A model generated the notes under the pieces. The model had not been told where the DNA came from. It worked only from the letters and a program-made list of their open reading frames with translations, and did not search any database. A stretch of DNA of 64,000 nucleotides from an uncultured Gemmataceae bacterium (GTDB lineage: Bacteria; Planctomycetota; Planctomycetia; Gemmatales; Gemmataceae), in the NCBI GenBank assembly GCA_963750165.1, contig CAVVPN010000003.1:2496001-2560000 (forward strand), in the 5' to 3' direction. Made by a program: the position numbers and the translations under genes. Within the stretch, counting starts at the first letter, position 1. Every line of letters starts with the position of its first letter. This document shows, in pieces, positions 31,744-42,800 of this stretch.

Positions 31744-32511
31744 ATGAGCGAACGGCGACGGATCGAGCGCGAGTTTGGCGTGCCCATCGCGGGCGAAATC
31801 CTCGACGCCGCGCGGTGGACGCAGACCGCCCTCAAGCGACTGCCCGCGGATGGGCCGCTGGACTGGCCGGCGCTGTTCGGCCGTGCTGCCCCGGTGGTGC
31901 TGGACCTGGGCTGCGGCAACGGCCGTTTCCTGATCGGCAGCGCTGTCTGGCGGCCGGATCACGATCACGTCGGCATCGACGTGCTGCCGCTGGTGCTGCG
32001 CTACGCCACGCGCCGCGCCAACCAGCGCGGCCTGGGCAACGTCCGCTTCGCCGCCTGCGATGGGCAGACGTTTCTGGAGCGCCACGTGCCGCCCGGCAGC
32101 GTCCGCGAGGTTCACTGCTACCACCCCCAGCCCTTCTACGACCCGGGCCAGATTCACAAACGCCTGGTCACGCCGCACTTCCTGACGCTGGTCCACCGTT
32201 CGCTGGAGCCGGGCGGCCAGTTCTTCGTGCAGACGGACAACCCTGGCTACTGGCGTTACCTGGCGAGCGTGCTGCCGGTGTTCTTCGACTTCCAGGAGCG
32301 GGCGGGGACGTGGCCGGACGCGCCCAAGGGCCGGACGCGCCGCGAGATCATTGCGCTGCGGCGTAGGCTGCCGGTGTTCCGCGGCTGGGGCCGCCGCCGC
32401 GACGACCTCGGCCTGGAAGACGCCCTGTGCCAGGCCGAGCAGTTGCCGCCGCCCACCTTCGACGCCGACCGGCGGCTGCGCGAACTGGACCAACTGGAAC
32501 CAGAACCCTGA
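31744..32511 (+). CDS. trmB: tRNA (guanine-N7)-methyltransferase TrmB-like SAM-dependent methyltransferase
   Basis: LDWPALFGRAAPVVLDLGCGNGRF, NVRF, HKRLV and QTDN motifs; HPQP replaces canonical FPDP. Confidence 0.75.
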   Translation: MSERRRIEREFGVPIAGEILDAARWTQTALKRLPADGPLDWPALFGRAAPVVLDLGCGNGRFLIGSAVWRPDHDHVGIDVLPLVLRYATRRANQRGLGNVRFAACDGQTFLERHVPPGSVREVHCYHPQPFYDPGQIHKRLVTPHFLTLVHRSLEPGGQFFVQTDNPGYWRYLASVLPVFFDFQERAGTWPDAPKGRTRREIIALRRRLPVFRGWGRRRDDLGLEDALCQAEQLPPPTFDADRRLRELDQLEPEP

Positions 32512-32523
32512 AAAATCCGAATG

Positions 32524-33264
32524 TCACTGTCGCTCACGTAACCGGTCGCGCAGCCGGGCCGCCGTCTCATACTCCTCGTTGGCGATGGCGCGGTCGAGCT
32601 GCTCCTGCAGCGTCTCGTCGATGCCGTGCTGCTGCCGCAACGACTGCTCGATGCGGCGCAGGTGTTGCACCATGCCGTCGTCCTCCATCTGCTCCTCGGC
32701 GCCGTGCTCGACGAAGAACGCCCTGATGCGCTCCAGGCCGCGGCGCACCTCGTCGATGGCCCGCTCGGGATCCTTGTCCTCCAGCGCCAGCGCCGCCGCC
32801 GCCTGGGTGCGCTGGAAGGTGACGAAGCCACGGTAGCGCTCGTGGGCGTCGGTGTACTCCTCGCTGGGCGAGTGCTCGCGGACGAAATCCATGAAGGCCA
32901 GGGTGTGGTCGGCGTCGGCGATGGCCGGCCCATAGAGCTTCAGGCCCAGCCAGCTGACGCGGCGGTGATAAAACTGCACGAACTCGCGGTCGGCATCACG
33001 GCACTGCTCCTCGTCCAGCGCGAACGGCTTGCCGGCCCGCCCCGCCTTGCGGGCCTCGTGGCGGAGGTAGTCGAAGTAGGTGACGAAACCGTGCGGCCGG
33101 GCGCCGTCGGGCCGGCCGGTCGTCTCCATCTGCAAGACCCCCAGGTCCACGCGCAACTGCAGGAGTTGGCGGCCGTCGCGCCCCTCGGTGAGGCGGGCCT
33201 GCGGCGCGCCAGGCTCGTAGTCCCAATCACGCAGGGCGTTGTCGATGTGGTTGCTCACGTGCAT
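32524..33264 (-). CDS. UvrB/UvrC (UVR) motif-containing hypothetical protein
   Basis: C-terminal LQEQLDRAIANEEYETAARLRDRL; N-terminal RVDLGVLQME-GRPDG. Confidence 0.85.
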   Translation of the reverse strand: MHVSNHIDNALRDWDYEPGAPQARLTEGRDGRQLLQLRVDLGVLQMETTGRPDGARPHGFVTYFDYLRHEARKAGRAGKPFALDEEQCRDADREFVQFYHRRVSWLGLKLYGPAIADADHTLAFMDFVREHSPSEEYTDAHERYRGFVTFQRTQAAAALALEDKDPERAIDEVRRGLERIRAFFVEHGAEEQMEDDGMVQHLRRIEQSLRQQHGIDETLQEQLDRAIANEEYETAARLRDRLRERQ

Positions 33265-33417
33265 ATCCTCTGGGCCGCGCGGTCATTCGGGCCGGAACGC
33301 TCGCAATCGATGACCGGCGGCGCGGCCGGATTTTACGGTTGCAATGTTCCCTGCTATTGTACACAATCTGTCAACTTACGGAGGAGGCGCAAACTTGCGC
33401 GGCTCACGGAGGAGATC

Positions 33418-33735
33418 ATGGGCGTCCACATGCGCGTGGTACGGGGCCGGCCGCAGGGCAAATGGCTGTACTTCCCCCTGGGCGAGTACCTGATTGGTCA
33501 TGGGCCGGAGTGCCACGTGCGCTCGATCAGCGCCTGTCTCAGCCGCCAGCACTGCATGGTGCGCGTGACGGCTGGCGGGGCCAAGGTGCGGGACCTGGGC
33601 AGTGCGGCCGGGACGCTGGTCAACGGCACCCTGGTGCGCGAGGAGCGTCTGCTGGTGGACGGCGACCATCTTCAACTGGGGCCGCTGGTGTTGCAGGTGA
33701 GCGCGGACGGCCCGGCCAGAGCGAAGGCGGCGTGA
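33418..33735 (+). CDS. Stand-alone FHA domain protein (degenerate)
   Basis: GGAG SD; LIGHGPEC, SRQHC, RDLGSAAGTLVNG and LVDGDHLQLG match the FHA pattern. Confidence 0.8.
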   Translation: MGVHMRVVRGRPQGKWLYFPLGEYLIGHGPECHVRSISACLSRQHCMVRVTAGGAKVRDLGSAAGTLVNGTLVREERLLVDGDHLQLGPLVLQVSADGPARAKAA

Positions 33736-33748
33736 CACTTCTTTCTGC

Positions 33749-33829
33749 ATCATTCACCACGGAGAACGCAGAGAAAAGACCGAGAAATCGGTCTTTTCTC
33801 TGCGCTCTGCGTTCTCTGTGGTGAATGAT
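33749..33829. repeat. Long REP-like hairpin with GAAA tetraloop
   Basis: Perfect 17 bp inner stem 33767-33783/33788-33804; outer stem ATCATTCACCACGGAGAA/TTCTCTGTGGTGAATGAT; between convergent genes. Confidence 0.85.
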
Positions 33830-33845
33830 CCGTATTAGCGCTGAG

Positions 33846-35273
33846 TCACCCGTACAGCTCGCGGATGACCCGCCCGGTGGTGAGCGGCAGCGGCCGGCCG
33901 GTCGCATCGTGATAATGGCCGGCCGGATCGACGCCCAGCGCCGCGAACATCGTGGCGGCCACATCCCATGGGCCGACCGGCAGTGTCCGCGGGTAGGCGG
34001 CGCTGCGGTCGGAGGCGCCAACCAGGCCGCCGCGAGCCACACCGGCGCCGGCCAGCACCAGCGAGTACACCGCCGCCCAGTGCTTGCGGCCCGGCGACAA
34101 CCCCGCAAACCCCCGCTCCACCGCCACCTCCGGCGCCCGTCCGAACTCCCCCATGCACACCACCAGCGTCGAGTCGAGCAGCCCGCGCTGCTCCAGGTCC
34201 GCCAGCAGGGCCGCGAAGCTCAGATCGAAGCGCGGCAGCAGCTGGTCGCGCATCACCTCGAAGATGTCGTTGTGCGTGTCCCAGCCGTACCAGTCGGACT
34301 GACTGGGGTTGCGGTCCTGGCCACGGTTGCAGTGGTTCCAGACGACGGTGATCCACGGCACGCCCGCCTCGACCAGCCGCCGCGCCAGCAGACACGCCTG
34401 CCCGGAACGGTTCAGGCCGTAGCGCGCGCGGACGGCGTGCGGCTCGCGGCTCAGGTCGAACGCCGCCCGGAAGTCGCGCGCCGCCAGCAGGTCGTACGCC
34501 CGGCGGTAGACCGTGTCCATGTCCAGCAGGGCGCGCTCGCGGCCGAGCTGTCGCTGCGCGCCATCCAGCGCCTGCAGCAGCGAGCGACGGCCCGCGGTGC
34601 GCACGGGCGGCAGTTCCGGCAGCGGGTCCAGGCCGCGGAGGGCGATCGGCTCCCCGGTCACGTCGCCGAGCAGCAGCGGCTCACAGCCGCGGCCCAGCAG
34701 GCCGGCGAACTGACCGGGGGCGGTCAACTCGGGCACCAGCGCCGGGCCGTTGACGTGGACCGCCGTGTACGGGTGGCGGGTGGAGGGGCGGACGCGGTGC
34801 AGCAGGGCGCCGTAGGTGGGCTGGTCGCCGGGCTGCGGCGGCGGGTTACCGGACTTGCGGGCGTGGAAGTGGCCGGTCAGCGTCAGATAGGTGGCGGAGC
34901 CGTGGTCCAGGTCGTCGTGCGAGGCGCTGCGGACGATGGTGTACAGGTGGGCCAGCCGGGCGAGGCGCGGCAGGTGTTCACAGAGGAGGGTGCCGGGCAC
35001 GGCGGTGCGGACGGGGCGGAATTCGCCGCGGATTTCCACGGGGGCGTCCGGCTTGGGGTCCCAGGTGTCGAGCTGGCTCTGGCCGCCGCTGGCGTAGATG
35101 AGAATGACCGACCGGGCGCGGCCGAAGCCGGGCGGCGGCTGCGGCCTGGCCTGGGCGGCGGATCGCCCGGGCCAGGCCGCCAGGCCGAGCGCGCCCAGAC
35201 CGCCGACGCGCAGCCACTCGCGGCGGGTCAGGCGGCCGCCAGCGGATGGGCTGTCATAGACGAAGCGCAGCAT
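33846..35273 (-). CDS. DUF1501 domain-containing protein
   Basis: LTRREWLRVG, GGQSQLDTWDPKP, LLARRLVEAGV, WDTH, GEFGR and GRKHW motifs. Confidence 0.92.
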   Translation of the reverse strand: MLRFVYDSPSAGGRLTRREWLRVGGLGALGLAAWPGRSAAQARPQPPPGFGRARSVILIYASGGQSQLDTWDPKPDAPVEIRGEFRPVRTAVPGTLLCEHLPRLARLAHLYTIVRSASHDDLDHGSATYLTLTGHFHARKSGNPPPQPGDQPTYGALLHRVRPSTRHPYTAVHVNGPALVPELTAPGQFAGLLGRGCEPLLLGDVTGEPIALRGLDPLPELPPVRTAGRRSLLQALDGAQRQLGRERALLDMDTVYRRAYDLLAARDFRAAFDLSREPHAVRARYGLNRSGQACLLARRLVEAGVPWITVVWNHCNRGQDRNPSQSDWYGWDTHNDIFEVMRDQLLPRFDLSFAALLADLEQRGLLDSTLVVCMGEFGRAPEVAVERGFAGLSPGRKHWAAVYSLVLAGAGVARGGLVGASDRSAAYPRTLPVGPWDVAATMFAALGVDPAGHYHDATGRPLPLTTGRVIRELYG

Positions 35274-35344
35274 GGGGGGCTCCTGAAACCTTTGGGATGA
35301 GCATACCCTCCGCGGCGGCGGCCCGTCAAGCGGCGGGTCGGAGA

Positions 35345-35944
35345 TCAGATCGGAATGCGTTTATCGCTGGCGGGCGGGGTGCCGTCCTGCTTCTCGTTCG
35401 CCTCCCCGGCCTCCTGCGGCTCGCGGGCCTTCTCCAGTTCCTTGGCCAGCACCTCGACGTGGGTGGTGGCGATCATCTCCTTGAGTTCCTTGTCGGCCGC
35501 CGCCTTCTGCAGGCCCAGGTGACCGCAGATGGCCCGCAGCATTTCCAGCATCTTGGTCGTCTCCTGTTCGCCGAGGAGGTTGATCTGCAGGCCGAGGTGC
35601 GTCCACTGTTCGGCCTGGCGGTTCTGCCGGTTCTGGCTCATGAGGATAAAGGTGGACAGGAAGATCGCTTCCAGGGCGACGACCAGGTTGAGGAACTGAA
35701 AGGGATAGGGATCGAAGGCCCAGTTGCCGAGAACCCAGTCGATGTTGAGAAGGATCCATGAGGAGAAGAGGACGACGTGGGCGATGACGAAGCGGATGCT
35801 GCCGGCGAAGGCGGTGATCGTGTCGCTGATGCGGTCGAGCGGCGTGCGCTGCCGACGGAACTCCTGCTCCAGTTGCGCCACCGACTCGATGTTCTGCTTG
35901 ACCTGTTCGGCCAGGACCGGCGTCTGCTTGTGAAACCACCCCAT
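35345..35944 (-). CDS. DUF1003 domain membrane protein
   Basis: ITAFAGS, FDPYPFQFLNL and EAIFLSTFILMSQNRQ signature. Confidence 0.92.
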   Translation of the reverse strand: MGWFHKQTPVLAEQVKQNIESVAQLEQEFRRQRTPLDRISDTITAFAGSIRFVIAHVVLFSSWILLNIDWVLGNWAFDPYPFQFLNLVVALEAIFLSTFILMSQNRQNRQAEQWTHLGLQINLLGEQETTKMLEMLRAICGHLGLQKAAADKELKEMIATTHVEVLAKELEKAREPQEAGEANEKQDGTPPASDKRIPI

Positions 35945-36174
35945 GGCCGCCCCCGTTGCGGTCGCTTGCCCCCACGATATCCGCCCGGAAAAAAGGAATG
36001 CAATTCACGTACCGCTGTGGACGCGGGCGCGCTGCCGTGTCCGGCGGCGGTGCTCTCAACCCTTGCCCCAGCGTTTCCCGGAGGGTGCCAAAAATTATCT
36101 GAAACTTTTCTGTCGCCGTCGGGTTAAATTGTCGGGCTCTCTCTGGCCGCGGCTGCGAAGTATGTGAGACAACC

Positions 36175-36300
36175 GGGGCACTCCTTAATGAACATTTATT
36201 AATAGAAATGAGTCACGAATAGTCTTGCCACGGCGGGAAGAATTAATAACTTGATGCTAATGTGATTATATTTTGTCAACAATGCGAGTGAGCCTTGAAA
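36175..36300. promoter_or_regulatory. AT-rich probable promoter region between divergent DUF1003 and giant-protein genes
   Basis: Strikingly AT-rich tract inside an 877 nt intergenic region; exact promoter elements not resolved. Confidence 0.5.
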
Positions 36301-36821
36301 GGAACCCACCCTGAACATCAACGCGCTACCCGGATCAACGAGCCTCCGCCCAGTACTGGGCGTGGGAACTTCAGTCAATCAAGCGAGGAACCTGCCGGGC
36401 GGAAGCACTGGGCCTCCCCGGAACTGCTGTGAATGATTTCTGCTACCACGCTGCCGGGGTGGCCATGCCAGGTCCACGGTTTTCGGTGGCGTTTATGGTG
36501 GACCGGTCACACGGACGGATTATCTCTCCGTGGTCGCGCAGCCCGCTGGTTTCTGAGCTAGACTGGCTACCAGATCAACAGACGGGACAGATGTTTCCCC
36601 CCAACATCTTTGCTCTCGTTGCGGGCGTCGCGTCGCGCCCCTGCCTTTGCGACTCTGGGCCGTGACGCCCTGAGTCGTCAGCTACCCAAATTGCTGCCCG
36701 TCGATTACGTTGCGGATTCTCTTTTCAACCCCCCGTTCGGTGGGCCTTCCGCTGTGCCCCGAACGGGCCCTCAGACCGTCTGCGTCGATCGTACCCAACA
36801 ACCTGTTTAGCGAGCTTCACC

Positions 36822-39800
36822 ATGTCTCTCTCCTCATGGCGTAAGATAGTCCGCCTCGTCCGTCGGCCCCTCCGGTTCGCCCCAGGCCAACGACCGGCAA
36901 CCGAGTTGAGTGCCTCCCACGGCCTGCGGCTGGAGCAGCTGGAAGACCGCACCCTGCTCTCGACCTACCAGTGGCTCGGCACCTCCTCGGCGCTGTGGAG
37001 CGATCCCGGCAACTGGACCGGCGGCCCCGCCGGCACCTTCCCCAGCCTGGCCGGCGACGTCGCCCAGTTCACCGGTTCGATCACCGGCAGCACGACGGTC
37101 ACCGTCAACCAGGCCATCACCGTCGGCGAGATCGATTTCAACACCGCCAGCAACATCACCATCAACAGCACCGGCACCAACGTCCTGACGCTGGACAACA
37201 CTCCCAATCCCAACGCCATCCTGAACGTCGCCGCCACCAACACGGGCACTCAGGTTCTCAACACGCCGGTGACCGTGGCCGCCGGCACCCCCCTGCTCGC
37301 CAGCGTCTCCGGCGGCACCCTGCAGTTGACCAGCACCGCTGACGTCATCGACGCGACCAGTGCCTTCACCGTCAACCCCGGCGCCACCCTGCGCGCCAGC
37401 GCGGCGGGCGCCGGTTCGCTGGTGATGGGCAACCTGGTGGACGCTGGCGCCCTGGGCAGCGCCGCGTTGAACCTGGCCGGCGGTACGCTGACCCTCGACC
37501 CGACCGCTTCCACCGCGGCCAACGGCGTGGCCAGCGACTACATCGCCCAGACCACCAACCAGCTCAACGGCAACGACTTCCTGACCACGCCCGCCATCGC
37601 CGGCACGCCGACGTTCCAGACCGCCGCCGTCGCTGCCGCCCCCGGCCTGGCCAACACCTTCGCCTTCGGCACCAACGCCCCGGCCAACCTCGCCGGCCAG
37701 TCCTTCGGCACCAACGTTCCGACCACAGATTTTGGCGTGCGCTGGACAGGGATGCTGAACGTCACCACCCCCGGGCCGACCACGTTCACGTCCACCAGCG
37801 ACGACGCCATGAAGGTGTACGTCGATGGCGTGCTCGTGGTGAACAACAACGCCAGCGCCGGTGGTCACGGCCCCGACGCCCCCGTCTCCGGCACGGTCAC
37901 CCTGAGCGCGGGGTTGCACGACATTCGTGTGGACTACACCCAGGGCACCGGCGGCGACGAGGCCCTGCTCACCTGGACGCCCGCCGGCGGCACGGCCCAG
38001 CCCATTCCCTTCAGCGCCCTGTACGCGCCCGACCCGCTCGACCTGGGCAATGCGGTCAACGTGACGGCCAACTCCGCCATCCAGCTCAACGGCGGCAACT
38101 TCACCGCGGTGGGACTGGGGGCCTTGACCCTCGGCGCCGACCTGACCGTGACCGGCCAGGCCGGCAAGCGCCTCAACTTCAGCGGCGCCACGGCCACCGT
38201 CAACCCGGTCACCCTGAACGACACCGTGGACGTGGGCTTCGTCAGCAGCTACGCCACCAACCCGTACACCCCCGGTGTGGTGAACATCCCGAACGCCACC
38301 TTCTACAAGCAGGGTGCCGGCCAGCTTTTCCTGGACAACACCAGCACCACCACCCCGAACGTCCTGCTGGTCCTCGACATCCAGGGCGGCCGCGTCGTGG
38401 CCGTCGGCAGCAGCACGGCCAACTCCAACAGCGACCCGCTGGGCACCGGCAGCGTGCAGTTCGACGGCGGCACCCTGTCACTGGACAGCCGCAACGGCGC
38501 CGTCACCTTCGACAACGCCGTGAACGTCATGACGGTCGGTGGCACCATTGAGGACCAGGCGGACGCCCAGACTCTGGCCCTGGGTAGCGCCACGACGGCC
38601 AACACCGTCACCATCGCCAGTGGGCTGACCCTGAACGTCAACACCTTCGGCGGCACGCCCACGGCCGTCGGCAACACCGCCGGCGCCACCCTGCAAATCA
38701 ACGAGCCCATCAGCGGCGGCACCCTGGTCAAGAACAACGTCCCGATCAGCACCACGGCCAACCCCGGCACGCTGATCCTGAGCCCGGTCGCCGCCAACAG
38801 CTTCGCCAACCTGACCGTCAACGGCGGCACCGTGACCGACACCACGGCCGGCGGCCTCAGCGGCGCCGTGGCCGTCAACAACGGCGGCCAGGTGACGGTC
38901 AACGCCGCCGGCACCGCGACCAACGTCACGGGTTTCACGGTCAATCCGGGCGGCACGGTGCTGATCGACGACAGCGCCGCCAATGTCAATAACCGCCTCG
39001 GGAGTACGACGGCCCTGAATCTTGCCGGCGGCACCTTCACGCTGACGGGCAACGCCACGGCCGCGACCTCCGAGCAACTCGGGGCGATCAGCGTTCAGTC
39101 CGGTTTCTCCACCGTCAACATGAACAAGGGCGCCGGCGGCACCCTGACCCTGTCGGCGGCCAGCCTGGCTCAGACGACTGCCGGGGCGGGCGTCAACTTC
39201 GCGGCGCCCAGTGGCGGCGGCGTCTACGGCTCGACCAACCTGCTGAATGTTACCACGGCTCTGCCCTCGACCAACGGCATCGTGCCCTTCGCCACGGTCA
39301 CGGGGACCGACTTCGCCGCCGGGGGTGGCAACACCATCGCCGCCTTCGTGGGCTATGTCACGTCCCTGGCGGCGGCAACCGCCACGAGCAACGTCAAGCT
39401 CACCGGCAACGACGTGGTGCCGGCCGCCGGCCTGACGGTCAACTCGCTCATCATCAACGGCACCAACCTGAGCGTCACCGGCAGCGCCACCCTCACCAGC
39501 GGCGCCGTCCTGATCACCGGCGGCACGGACTCGGTCAACGCGCCGCTGAACATCGGCACTGCGGGCGCCCTCATCACCAACACCGGCGCCACGGCCAACT
39601 ACAACGGTCCCATCGGCGGCTCGGCCCTGGCCGTGGCGGGCGGCGGCACCACGGTGTTCAACAACGCCGACACCTACACGGGCGGCACCACGCTGGAGTC
39701 GGGCATCCTGAGCATCGGTAACCCCACCGGCCTGGGCACCGGGGCGCTGACGCTCATCAACGGCACGGTCCAGGCGAGCATCGCCACCACGGTCAGTAAT

Positions 39801-42800
39801 GCCGTCAACCTGACCAGCGCCGGCGGCCCCAACGGCACCGTGACACTCGGCGGCAGCACACCGTTGACCTTCAGCGGCGCGGTCAACCTGACCGGCGACA
39901 ACACACTGACCCTGGCCAACCCCGCGGGGACGACCTTCTCGGGGGCCCTGAGTGGGACCGGCTCGCTGACGCTGGTGGGCGGCGTCGCCAACGGCACCCT
40001 GGCCCTGTCGGGCGACAATAGCGCCTTCACGGGGGCGCTCACGCTCCAGGGCGGCAACCTGGTTCTGGGCTCGAACAATGCCCTGCCCGGCGGCGCGACG
40101 CTCAGCGGCGGGACCGTCCTGGCGAGCACCGCGGTCACCACGTCGGCGGCGCTCACGGTCAACGGGCCAGTAACGTTCGCGGGCGGCAACGCCCTCACCC
40201 TCGGCGGCGCCGTCACCACCACGGCCGGGGCGGCGCTCACGGTCAACAACAGCACCACGATCACCGGCGCCGTCACCGGGCCGCTGGAACTGGCGGGCGG
40301 CCTGGGCACGCTGACACTGGACAACAGTGCCACGGTCAGCGGCGACACCACCGTGGCCGGCGGCACCCTGAGTGTGGGCAGCGCCGCCCCGCTCGGCACC
40401 GGCACCCTCTGGCTGTCCGGCGGCACCGTGCAACCCACCGCGGCCGGCCTGACCTTCAGCAACCCGGTGCAGCTCGGCGGCACGCCCACCCTCGGCGGCA
40501 CTGTTGCCAACGCCGCCACTTTCAGCGGCCCCGTCACCCTGGCATCCGCCACCACTCTGTCGGTGACGAACGGCACCACCATCACCGGCGTCATCGGCGG
40601 CGGCCCCACGGCCGGACTGACCCTGGCCGGTGGCACGCTCAACCTGCAAGCGGCCAACACCTACACCGGCACCACCACGATCGGTGGCGGTAATTTGGTG
40701 CTGAACGGCGCCGGCGGCGCCCTGACGGCGACGAGCGGCATCGTCATCAACCAGGGCGGCACCCTGACGCTGGACAACACCGGGACCAACAACACCAACC
40801 GCGTCAACGCCGCCGCCTCGGTCACCTTCAACGGCGGCACGGGTGTCCTGCTCGGCAACGGCAGCGCGCCCACGGTCCAGGCCGTGGGGGCCATCACGCT
40901 CAACAGTGGCCAGTCCACCATCACCGTCAACACCAGCGGGCCGGGCGCCGGCTTCAACCCCGCCAGCCTGAGCCGCAACCCGGGCGCCACCGTCAACTAC
41001 ACCGGCAACGCTGTGCTGCCCAGCACCGCGACCAGCCTGCTGCCCTTCGCCACCGCCAACGGCAGCAATTTCGCGGTGATCGATCCGGTCACCGGCCCGG
41101 CCGCCTTCACCGCCTACACGACCAGCCTGCCCAGCGGCGGCGGCACCGGCACCGAGAACGTCAAGCTGACCGGCGGCACCACCACGGTCACGCAGAACAC
41201 CACCATCTTCTCCCTGGTCCTGGCCAACGGCGCCAACCTGACGATCAGCCCGGGCGTGACCCTGACCCTCGTCAGCGGCGGTCTGTTGACTGTGGGCGGC
41301 AACAGCACAATCAGTGGCGGCACCCTGGTGCTGGGCACCAACGCCACCACCGATGGCGTCCTCAGCACGGACGCGACCACGACCAGTCTCACGATCAACA
41401 GCACCATCGCCGGCATTGGCGGTCTGACCCTGAGTGGTGCCGGCACTGTGACGTTGAACGCGGCCAACACTTACACCGGGACGACCTGGCTCAACGGCGG
41501 CACTCTGGTGCTCGGCAACGCCGCCGCCCTGACCGGCGGCGCCCTGAGCCTGACCGGCGGCACTCTGCAAACCGCCGTCGCCGGCGGCGTGTCCCTGGGC
41601 AACGCCGTGACGCTGAACAACGCCGCGGTCACCTTCAGCGGCAGCAACCCCATCGTGTTCACCGCGGCCGGCAGTGTCACCCTGGGCGGCCTGAACAACA
41701 CGGTCACAGTCGGCAACGCCGCCGGCACACCGCTGGTGGTCTGGAACGGCACGGTCACCACCCTGGCGGGCGCGGTCGGCAACCTGATCAAGTCCGGTCC
41801 CGGCACCCTGGTCCTGAGTGGGGCCAACAACTACACCGGTCAGACGCTCGTCAACCAGGGCATCATTCAGGTGCAGAACACCACCAACACCGCCGGGACC
41901 GTGCCGTACACGACCCCGCTGGGCAACCCCTACGCCGGCGCCGCCACGACCGTCGCCGCCGGGGCCAGCGTGCAGATCCTCGGCACCGGCCTGAGCATTG
42001 ACAAGGCCCTGGTTCTCAATGGTGGCACGCTGGAAAACCTGACCGGCGGCAACAACACCTGGACGGGCAACATCGTCCTGGCCGTCCCGAGCACCATCGC
42101 CGTGGACCCGGCCACCACGCTCACGATCACCACCGCCACGGTCAACGCCTTGCCCAGCGGCGGCATCAGCGGCAGCGGCAACCTGACCAAGACGGGCGCG
42201 GGCACGCTGGTACTGAACGCGGCCGACACCTACACCGGCCAAACCATCATCAACGGCGGCAACGTCAACGTGCAGAACGGCCTGGCCCTCGGCCTGCCGA
42301 CCGGCCAGGGCGGCGACGTGGTTACCGTCAACGCCGGCGCCACGCTCCAGGTGCAGGGCGGCATCACCGTCGCCGGCAAGAACGTGACGCTCAACGGCAC
42401 CGGCTTCGGCAACACCGCCGGGCAGAGCGGCGTGTTGCCCCAGGGGGCACTGGTCAACCTCACCGGCACCAACACCTGGTCCGGCAACATCACCCTGACC
42501 GGCACCGCGGCCCTGACCGGCGGTGCGGTGCCGCTGCTCGCCGGCAGCAACACTGCCAGTTCGATTGGCTCCGCCAGTGGCACGGCGCTGTTCGTGTCTG
42601 GCGTCGTCAGCGGCACCGATCTGATGAAGGTTGGCGCTGGCACGCTGACGCTGCTCAACACCGACACCTACACCGGTGCCACCGTGGTGCTGGGTGGCAA
42701 CCTGACACTGGCCAACAACAACACCGCCGCGGTCGGAGCGACAACGGTCGCCGGCTCGGCGGTCAACGGTGTCACCAGCACCGTCAACGGCGTCACCTAC

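Noticed and set aside
33356..33367. ATTGT-AC-ACAAT possible GntR-type operator
   Set aside because: Short, single copy, no regulator nearby; too weak to call.
36265..36279. TTGACA and TATAAT on the minus strand
   Set aside because: Only 3 nt apart, not a functional -35/-10 spacing.
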